A stretch of DNA of 32,328 bases, from contig JACOXK010000010.1 of the NCBI GenBank assembly GCA_016182335.1, forward strand, positions 1-32,328, given 5' to 3'. Both the position numbers and the translations under genes were made by a program. This document shows, one piece after another, positions 18,424 to 25,555 of the stretch; the stretch's first letter is position 1; each line of letters begins with the position of its first letter. This DNA is from Deltaproteobacteria bacterium (GTDB lineage: Bacteria; Bdellovibrionota; JACOXK01). The notes beneath the pieces are model-generated. The model saw only the letters and a program-made list of their open reading frames with translations. It was not told the DNA's origin and did not search any database.

Positions 18424-19757
18424 CAAAAAAATAGGTGCCCCATGATAAAGAAGGAGTCAGATGGCGTAATATTTGTGCCAGCATTAAAGCTCTCTTCATA
18501 TCGATAATAGGGCTCAAGAGCTGCATTTTTCCAAAACTTCCAACGCCCGCCAAGAGTAACACGATGTGTGTAGTCAGCCAAAAACTGGGCATCCTCAACA
18601 AATCCATCATAGCGTGCAAGCACATTTAAATTTTTAAGAAGATCATAGGATAGGCCCACATAAGCCGATAAAGAATTTTTAGCTGCAGTAGGTTTATCTT
18701 TGGCAAAAGCTGCCTCTGCAAATAATGAAACAGCTCCCCATCTTAAAGAACCATAAGCATCAAAGACTTCAATGTTTCGATCTTGATATTCTTGCGAAGA
18801 CGCATTTCTTTCATAAATAAAAGAAAACCCAATGAGTGACGACAATTTCCAGATTTGACCTTGATAACCAAGGTTTGCGGTCAAAACCTGCTCACTTTTT
18901 GTCACTGTTGTGGGCTGAATTTCGTATTTTTCAGGATACCTTTTTCCAAATGTAAGACTCATCTTATAAAACAGGTCGTGCGTCGATCCAAACATAAGTC
19001 CCAGATCTCGCGTATCAATTCCAACGTGGAGTTGATCAATTAAAAAAGCTGTATGGTCTTCGTACCCAAATCCAAACGGAACTTGAAACATACCTGCCTG
19101 AACATAGTGTTTTTGTAAAAATTCATATTGTAAATAAGACGTAAGCAGTGGGTTAGGTACATTGTATGACAGTACAAGCTGTAGAGAATCTAGAAACTTC
19201 ACAGCTACTCCAGGTTCTGCCTGCATCATGAAAAAAGTTTTGGGTTTTGGCCCTCCTTTGATGATCATAGACCAAAACCTCGCATTTCCAAAAAAACGGG
19301 TCTTATCCCAAAGAGTTTCAAAATAAGTTTTTTGAGATTTGGGTGCAACTGCCGTTTTCTGAGGAGAAGTTTTGTGCATTCCTCGCTTTAAGCGTTGTGC
19401 AACAATGATGGGTGGCTTCTTTTTAAGAGGTCTTTTTTTCTGTACTGTGACTATTTTTTTAGGGTGTGTTTTTTTCTCCTGATATCCCACAAGCGAATTA
19501 TTATTTCTATAATAAACACCTGCGTCGTTGAGTGGGCCTCCACCCTTTTGGCTGATATGGCAATAGCAACACTTTTTTTTCTCAAGAATTGTATATCTCG
19601 GAAGAGCCTGCAGAGAGCCACTATAAAATGTCATGAGGAGCAATATCGCGCAAAGCACTGCAATTCTTACATTCCAATGAAATTTATATAGACGCTTGCG
19701 TAGACTTAGTTTCAAAAGATTCGTCACACAGGATGTCACAAGAGTTATTTTTATCAT
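18423..19757 (-). CDS. putative outer-membrane beta-barrel protein with an N-terminal CxxCH motif
   Basis: 444 aa as tracked. Signal-like segment VRIAVLCAILLLMTFYSGSLQA-LP, then KKKCCYCHISQKGGGP, a Lys/Pro-rich linker, and alternating amphipathic segments. It ends in HLFF (aromatic C-terminus typical of OMPs). The start is uncertain: ATG 19757 or in-frame TTG 19715, neither with a clear SD. Confidence 0.65.
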   Translation of the reverse strand: MIKITLVTSCVTNLLKLSLRKRLYKFHWNVRIAVLCAILLLMTFYSGSLQALPRYTILEKKKCCYCHISQKGGGPLNDAGVYYRNNNSLVGYQEKKTHPKKIVTVQKKRPLKKKPPIIVAQRLKRGMHKTSPQKTAVAPKSQKTYFETLWDKTRFFGNARFWSMIIKGGPKPKTFFMMQAEPGVAVKFLDSLQLVLSYNVPNPLLTSYLQYEFLQKHYVQAGMFQVPFGFGYEDHTAFLIDQLHVGIDTRDLGLMFGSTHDLFYKMSLTFGKRYPEKYEIQPTTVTKSEQVLTANLGYQGQIWKLSSLIGFSFIYERNASSQEYQDRNIEVFDAYGSLRWGAVSLFAEAAFAKDKPTAAKNSLSAYVGLSYDLLKNLNVLARYDGFVEDAQFLADYTHRVTLGGRWKFWKNAALEPYYRYEESFNAGTNITPSDSFFIMGHLFF

Positions 19758-19869
19758 CTACAAGAGTTTTCAAAAATTTCTCATAATCTACTTGTGTCAC
19801 AAGTTTATAAGAAATATTTTTCGCAACAACTCTCTTATCATACAAAATCTCATCAAAATTTCTAGTCAT
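19684..19869 (-). CDS. small hypothetical protein (61 aa)
   Basis: The ATG is preceded by GAGAGGAGA at about 6 nt. It overlaps the rhomboid stop as ATGA (translational coupling). No recognisable motif. It overlaps the 5' end of the next ORF. Confidence 0.45.
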   Translation of the reverse strand: MTRNFDEILYDKRVVAKNISYKLVTQVDYEKFLKTLVDDKNNSCDILCDESFETKSTQASI

Positions 19870-20699
19870 AAATTTCTCCTCTCTCCAACCCAGCTACCAC
19901 ACCCTCCACAACGTAGGCAAGTAATCGGAAACGGGTCCTGTCTGCCTTCACCCCCAATAATGTGTAATTTTTTTTTCAACTTTCTTATTTTCCACCATCG
20001 AAATAAATCTTTGATTCCTGGTGGGCGTCTTCCTCCCTTCCAAAAATGAAGATAGGCCAATCCTATAAACAACCCACCTAGGTGCGCAATATGAGCAATA
20101 GAACTTCCTGGTTGAGTTAATAAGAAGAAAAGTTCAAGCAAGGCTGTAACCATGACGAGAGTTCTTGCACGAATCGGTATTGGTGGAAAAATCAAAAGAA
20201 GCATGCGATTGCCAAAATAATAGCCATAAGCCCCCAAGACTCCAAAGATGGCACCACTTGCTCCCAACACAACACTTCCCTGCGCAGCAACATCTGCAGA
20301 AAGATTGATTTCATTCAGATGGGTTATGAAAAAAAAGAAAATAGCACCTATGCCCGTAATGAAATAATATTTTATAAACTCTCTTGAGCCCAATTTTCTT
20401 TCGATATCAGGACCAAACATCCAGAGAGCAAACATGTTAAAAAAAATGTGGGCAAAGCTTCCGTGAAGAAACATATAAGTTATGATTTGCCACAAGTATA
20501 AATCGTTCCACACTCGGTGCACTGAAAATCCAAAAAAATGATCAAAAAAAACCAGACCAGGTACACCCCAAAAAACAGTCATAAAACTTCGTAAAATAAA
20601 ACTTGCGACATTGAAAACAAGGAGAAATTTTACAACAGGAGTCATACTACTGGAACCAAATCGAAATTGATCAGAACGATAAAACCTTTGAAAGATCAT
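19866..20699 (-). CDS. rhomboid family intramembrane serine protease
   Basis: 277 aa, multi-pass. HGSFAHIFFNM (the HxxxN motif), catalytic GASGAIFG, and a downstream HIAHLGG histidine. The C-terminal tail carries CLRCGGCGSW. Confidence 0.88.
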   Translation of the reverse strand: MIFQRFYRSDQFRFGSSSMTPVVKFLLVFNVASFILRSFMTVFWGVPGLVFFDHFFGFSVHRVWNDLYLWQIITYMFLHGSFAHIFFNMFALWMFGPDIERKLGSREFIKYYFITGIGAIFFFFITHLNEINLSADVAAQGSVVLGASGAIFGVLGAYGYYFGNRMLLLIFPPIPIRARTLVMVTALLELFFLLTQPGSSIAHIAHLGGLFIGLAYLHFWKGGRRPPGIKDLFRWWKIRKLKKKLHIIGGEGRQDPFPITCLRCGGCGSWVGERRNL

Positions 20700-20860
20700 C
20701 CTTTTATCCTATCTTGAAATTCTTATTTTGGAGAGAAAATTTCATAGACTCTAGTAAAATTTACACATTATAATTTTGATATTCGTGAATCTTCACCCTA
20801 AGTAGCTATGCAATTAGTTGAAATTATTAGTTTTTTAAAAATTTAATAATTCTTCCTCAC

Positions 20861-20876
20861 TGGCATAAGCTTTGCT
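20861..20876 (+). promoter_or_regulatory. sigma-54 (-24/-12) promoter match TGGCAT-aagct-TTGCT
   Basis: GG at 20862-20863 and GC at 20874-20875 are exactly 12 nt apart. 9 of 10 fixed consensus positions of TGGCAC-N5-TTGC match. It lies about 100 nt upstream of the PilZ gene. Confidence 0.65.
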
Positions 20877-20977
20877 CTTACAAGTGATCGTAAGGTATCA
20901 ATGTTCCAGCTAGGAACAAGCTAGGTAAGTGTCGTTGTGTTGTCAAACGGTAGGATCTGACAGAAGGGTATTCTTTT

Positions 20978-21319
20978 GTGAATCGAAGAAAGCATCAGAG
21001 AGCCCCAGTCGAGATTTGGGTTAAAGAAGAAAACGGTGATTTCTTCTTTACCCATCGGGCTAGTAATATCAGCGTCGGTGGTTTTTTTCTGGAAAAAAAA
21101 GTTTTTAGGATAAAGAGTTCAGCAACTTTTTTTTTTCGACTTCCCACTTCAGATGAATTAATAGTTGTGCGCGGGCGAAGCGTTTATGATACGGCATTGG
21201 ACCCTGACAAAACATCAATTGGAACCGGCATTCAGTTTACCGATCTCTCCTTAGATGCAAAAAAGCTGATTCACGAATATGTCACAACTTTTTCCCGTTC
21301 AAAACGTTCAACCAGTTAG
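20978..21319 (+). CDS. PilZ domain protein (putative c-di-GMP receptor)
   Basis: 113 aa. RxxxR motif (RKHQR) at the N-terminus and the (D/N)xSxxG motif (NISVGG). GTG start with GAAGGG about 10 nt upstream. Confidence 0.8.
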   Translation: MNRRKHQRAPVEIWVKEENGDFFFTHRASNISVGGFFLEKKVFRIKSSATFFFRLPTSDELIVVRGRSVYDTALDPDKTSIGTGIQFTDLSLDAKKLIHEYVTTFSRSKRSTS

Positions 21320-22534
21320 AATAACAGAATGATATTCCTTGTTTTTGAGAGCAGCAAGAATCTGTTCAATATGCTCTTGACCTTTCGTTTCAAGAGCTAA
21401 AATGACATCTGTTTCTCCAAAAGCCAGTCCTTTGGCCAACCTATCATGTTCGATTTGTAAAATATTAGCGGATACTTTGAACAAAACTTCAGTAAGTGCG
21501 TGTAAACTTCCGGGCTTATCAGGCAGCTTCACACTAACACGAAGCAGCCTGCCCTCATGAGCAAGGCCACGTTCAATAATTTTGGAAATCATGGTGACAT
21601 CGATATTGCCACCACTTAAGACAACAACCGTCTTTCCTTTAACATACCCCTTGAGAGCAGCCGCCATGGAGGCAGCTCCTGCTCCCTCAACGACCGTTTT
21701 AGATCGCTCCATAAGAAGTAAAATAGCTTGGGCAATCTCTTCTTCAGAAACAAGGACGATATCATCCACATATTTTTGAATGATTTCTAAATTTTTTGGA
21801 CTTACTTTTTTAACAGTAATACCCTCTGCAATAGACCCTTTGGGGTTGTCTGCGTCATTCCGAGTGTAAAGAGAAGTCGATATTTCTTCTCTCTTAAACA
21901 TTTCATACATCGAAGGGCAGGCTTGAGTCTGAACACCAATCACTTGCGTCTTTGGGGAGAGCTCTTTAAGTGCAATAACAATTCCAGAAATAAGTCCACC
22001 TCCACCTATTGGAACAAGAACTCGATCAAAACCTTGGAGGTCTTCTATAAGCTCCAGAGCAATCGTCCCTTGCCCTGCAATAATATCGTCATCCTCATAG
22101 GGGTGAACAAAAATACACTTTTCTTCTTCACAAAATTTCTTGGCCCCGTGATAAGCTTCATCATAATTACTTCCTTGAAGAACAACGCGCGCTCCAAAAC
22201 CCTTTGTGGCAATAACTTTCACATAGGGTGTTGGTTCTGGCATAAAAATTGTAGCTTTAATCTCCATCCGATGAGCAATAGAGGCAACACCTTGAGCATG
22301 GTTACCAGCTGAGGCAGCAACGACACCTCTAACTTGTTCTTGTTTAGAGAGTTTCATAATTCTATTGGTAGCTCCTCGTATTTTAAAAGAGCCTGTGTGC
22401 TGAAGGTTTTCCATTTTCAGATAGAGAGGGGATCCCACCATTTTTGAAAAATGACGCGTCTCTTTAAGCGGGGTTCGAACAAGCTGATCCTTGATCAACT
22501 CATATGCTTCTTTGATGTCTCTTAAATTAATCAT
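21308..22534 (-). CDS. ilvA: threonine ammonia-lyase (threonine dehydratase) with C-terminal ACT-like domain
   Basis: 408 aa. PLP-lysine motif HTGSFKIRGA, ASAGNHAQGVA, and the glycine loop PIGGGGLISG. The C-terminal ~80 aa is regulatory-domain-like. Confidence 0.9.
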   Translation of the reverse strand: MINLRDIKEAYELIKDQLVRTPLKETRHFSKMVGSPLYLKMENLQHTGSFKIRGATNRIMKLSKQEQVRGVVAASAGNHAQGVASIAHRMEIKATIFMPEPTPYVKVIATKGFGARVVLQGSNYDEAYHGAKKFCEEEKCIFVHPYEDDDIIAGQGTIALELIEDLQGFDRVLVPIGGGGLISGIVIALKELSPKTQVIGVQTQACPSMYEMFKREEISTSLYTRNDADNPKGSIAEGITVKKVSPKNLEIIQKYVDDIVLVSEEEIAQAILLLMERSKTVVEGAGAASMAAALKGYVKGKTVVVLSGGNIDVTMISKIIERGLAHEGRLLRVSVKLPDKPGSLHALTEVLFKVSANILQIEHDRLAKGLAFGETDVILALETKGQEHIEQILAALKNKEYHSVILTG

Positions 22535-25302
22535 TGCAAAAATTCTGCTGCACGAAGTTCAAGAACTTTCCTATCCTCTAAACCCATGCGATACTCATGC
22601 TGCAAATCATGCATTTTGGCAAGAGAAACGGCACCCGAGTGTGCTAGTTTTTGCATATTTTCAATCTTGTGGCGATAGACCGCTATGTTTTCAAGAGTCA
22701 GCTTAAGCTGCTGCGGATTAAAATTCTTGGACTTAGCTTCTTTTTCCATAAGATCTAAAAGATAGAGATTTTGTTTAGCCTGATAGGCATAGGCTGTAAG
22801 ATTGATTTCTTCCCACTTAATGGCAGAAGGACTTAACTCATACAAACCCTTCGGCTTATTTTGAATTTCTCTTTGAAGGTTCTTTTTTTCTGCCGTTAAT
22901 TTTTGCAAAGCACTCGACTTATTATTTTGAATTTCTTGCATCCAAGTTTGCAACTCGCGTTTCCAATCGCTTCTGAGTCGATAGGGTTCTAGAATCTTCT
23001 TCAACCCTTCTTTATCGTTTCGGTCTAGATATTGTTGCACCGTTTCTGATAAAGAAGCTGATTGATTGTCTATTGTTCTGAATTTCAATAATTTGTTATC
23101 TGCAAATACACTTTTAAAAAAAAGAAACTCTTGAAGAAAAGATTGCCACGCCTGCTGTCGCAGGCTCGCAATGACAGAAAAAGTATCCCTTCGCAATTTC
23201 TCTCTCTGTGCCAACCCCTGCTCCATAATCCTACGCGCAACATCGGGTGCCGTAGGGATAATAGTGTACATATACTGTAATTTCTGAATCCTATTCATCA
23301 CATTATTATATTCTAGAATGGCTTCATTTCTTCTTTCATAAAAACGCGCTATGCGAGAAGGCCTATAACCACCTCTGAGAAGCCCCCCACGGGTAGAGAG
23401 ATTTCTTTTATTTGTTTGATACTTTTCAATAAGCGATGGAAGCTTGCGATACAGTTGTTCCACCTCCACTTCAATGAGACTTCTGGCAGAGTTAATAGCA
23501 ACAAGTGGGTCCACAATGGCACTGGCAGGAGGAGTTTGGCCTGCTTGCGCATTATTGGCCGCCGTTTGAACATTATTTAAGTTTTGTAAACTCGAATCCC
23601 AACCGAAAACTTCAGAATTTCGAAGTTGAGCAGCCCGAAGATGTGAGCCAAACGTAACGTTATGGGGGCTACTTCGTGTAAGCCTCTGGTTGTACTCTGA
23701 GGAAGATTGACCCATGTCGGAAATCCCTTGATTTAAGTGATCCACAAACGTTCTGCCCCTGCGACTATCGAAAACCTGGCCTCTGACCGCATTTGAAAAT
23801 CTGTTATCAGTCGGTCTGTATGAAAGTGCATTAGAGTCAGCTCGTGGCAATAGCCCATTGTAGCCTAGGCCGGCCAAATTTCTGGCGGATGGGTCCGTCA
23901 TGTTAAATCCCTGTGCACCCTGGGGATAAGGATTTCCACCCAGTCCTGCTAAAGCCAAACGTTGTTCAGGACTCAAAAGATGGGGTGCTATGCCACCTCC
24001 TGTAAAAGGATTGCCACCAACCATCAAAGCCTGGTTCAAAGCATCGTCTGGGATAACATCAGCATCGATAGGGGGCCTCATAAAAGATGCAGCTGGGTCC
24101 AGAGGTTGCCCATCTTCACTTGAAATGGCTGTAAAGGCCATGGCTAAACCACGCGCTGCTTGAAATGTATTGTCATCTGCCCCATCGTTATAAAGGCGGT
24201 ACATGGCAATTCCACTTGTCAGAGCCCCAGCAAGGCTTGAAAGCGCTCCCACCGCTTCTGGGCTCGCAATGGATTCTGAAAGACTCTCCCATGTTCCTTC
24301 ATCTTCAATTCCATAAACTCTTTTACACACCTGTTCATAAGAAAGATTATCTGCAGGGTGTGTTCCGTGAGCATTGTTCTTTTTTTCTTCATGAAAAATT
24401 CCCGCCAATGATTCTCTAAGTAGAAGACCTTCTTCCGTTTCTGCCTTTTCTCGACCTAAAGCTACAGCTTTTTCTAAACGAACTAATTCAGCTTTTTCTA
24501 GCTTTTCAACCTTCAAAGCTTGAGTAGGTAAAAGACTTTTTCCATCTCTTTTAATTTCTACTTCATTGAGTAAATTTTGACTTAAACGTGCAAATAGGTC
24601 TTTTCTTTCTGTCAACATTTGTTTGCGAGCATCATTTTTTTCATTCTTAATTTTTTCATCTATGACTTTGATATAATCATTAAAAACAGCTTTTCTCCAT
24701 TGGGAGACGTATTCAGCTCTTTCTGAGTTAAAATGACCGTTTTCATCTGTTAAATTATTTAATTCACTATTCAAAGCATTTAACCAGGTTTTATCTAATT
24801 CTAAATCTTCTCTTGTATAGGCGCCATTTTTTGCAGTTGTTGATTCTTCAAAATCATTCATGAATTTGTATTCAGTATGAAGAAGATCACCCCTTGCCTG
24901 AAGGATATGAATTCGATACAGAGCTTCTATATTCTTTTTATTTTTCTCTAGATTTTCAAGCTTAGATAACAAATTACTAATTGCCTTTTTTCTTTCCGCT
25001 GACAATTTATTAAAAACTTCTCTGGAGAATTGAGAACCTGGTCCCCAGAGAAACTTTGGCTGTACTAGTGGTACACTGATTGCCCTCTCCACTTCTGAGC
25101 GTGTTTTTTTAATCTCTTCCTCAATTCCCACCAAAGTATCCAGCTTCGTCTTTGCATCTTCATTAAAATTCTTTTCAAAAAAAGCAGGACTGTCTGCCAA
25201 TCGAAGAGGCATGGCCACATCTGGTGCTATAAGACGATAGGACACGTAAGAATACCCAGGCCAAAATGCTAAGAGCACAATGATAAAAACAACACGTTTC
25301 AT
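22531..25302 (-). CDS. large exported coiled-coil protein with a central Gly/Asn/Pro-rich low-complexity region (hypothetical)
   Basis: 923 aa. SD AAGGAG 8 nt upstream. N-terminal hydrophobic segment MKRVVFIIVLLAFWPGYS. There are long E/K/L/N-rich helical stretches. The central segment is GGNPFTGGGIAPH...AGLGGNPYPQGAQGFN...LAGLGYNGLLP. The stop overlaps the ilvA start (ATGA). Confidence 0.85.
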   Translation of the reverse strand: MKRVVFIIVLLAFWPGYSYVSYRLIAPDVAMPLRLADSPAFFEKNFNEDAKTKLDTLVGIEEEIKKTRSEVERAISVPLVQPKFLWGPGSQFSREVFNKLSAERKKAISNLLSKLENLEKNKKNIEALYRIHILQARGDLLHTEYKFMNDFEESTTAKNGAYTREDLELDKTWLNALNSELNNLTDENGHFNSERAEYVSQWRKAVFNDYIKVIDEKIKNEKNDARKQMLTERKDLFARLSQNLLNEVEIKRDGKSLLPTQALKVEKLEKAELVRLEKAVALGREKAETEEGLLLRESLAGIFHEEKKNNAHGTHPADNLSYEQVCKRVYGIEDEGTWESLSESIASPEAVGALSSLAGALTSGIAMYRLYNDGADDNTFQAARGLAMAFTAISSEDGQPLDPAASFMRPPIDADVIPDDALNQALMVGGNPFTGGGIAPHLLSPEQRLALAGLGGNPYPQGAQGFNMTDPSARNLAGLGYNGLLPRADSNALSYRPTDNRFSNAVRGQVFDSRRGRTFVDHLNQGISDMGQSSSEYNQRLTRSSPHNVTFGSHLRAAQLRNSEVFGWDSSLQNLNNVQTAANNAQAGQTPPASAIVDPLVAINSARSLIEVEVEQLYRKLPSLIEKYQTNKRNLSTRGGLLRGGYRPSRIARFYERRNEAILEYNNVMNRIQKLQYMYTIIPTAPDVARRIMEQGLAQREKLRRDTFSVIASLRQQAWQSFLQEFLFFKSVFADNKLLKFRTIDNQSASLSETVQQYLDRNDKEGLKKILEPYRLRSDWKRELQTWMQEIQNNKSSALQKLTAEKKNLQREIQNKPKGLYELSPSAIKWEEINLTAYAYQAKQNLYLLDLMEKEAKSKNFNPQQLKLTLENIAVYRHKIENMQKLAHSGAVSLAKMHDLQHEYRMGLEDRKVLELRAAEFLQ

Positions 25303-25442
25303 GGTTTGTTCTCCTTATCGTCACTTCAGAAGAAAAAATAAACCTGAACTTCTTCCAATGTAATTTCTTCATGTTTAAGTTCACGGGCATATCATAGAAT
25401 TTGTAACTTGTTGTATTGAATGACTTTTTTTATTTTGTGCTG

Positions 25443-25458
25443 GGGCATAGAAGTTGCA
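25443..25458 (+). promoter_or_regulatory. sigma-54-like (-24/-12) promoter gGGCAT-agaag-TTGCA
   Basis: GG at 25444-25445 and GC at 25456-25457 are 12 nt apart. It departs from TGGCAC-N5-TTGC at two positions (G for the first T, T for the last C). It sits in the divergent intergenic region, oriented toward the 591-aa gene. Confidence 0.5.
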
Positions 25459-25555
25459 AAGAAGCGTCATTCTAAACCCATTTTTTCTGAAGAAGAAGGG
25501 TTTGCAATGACAATAGAGGAAGGGCCGAATTTTAAAATTAAGAATTCAAATCTTT

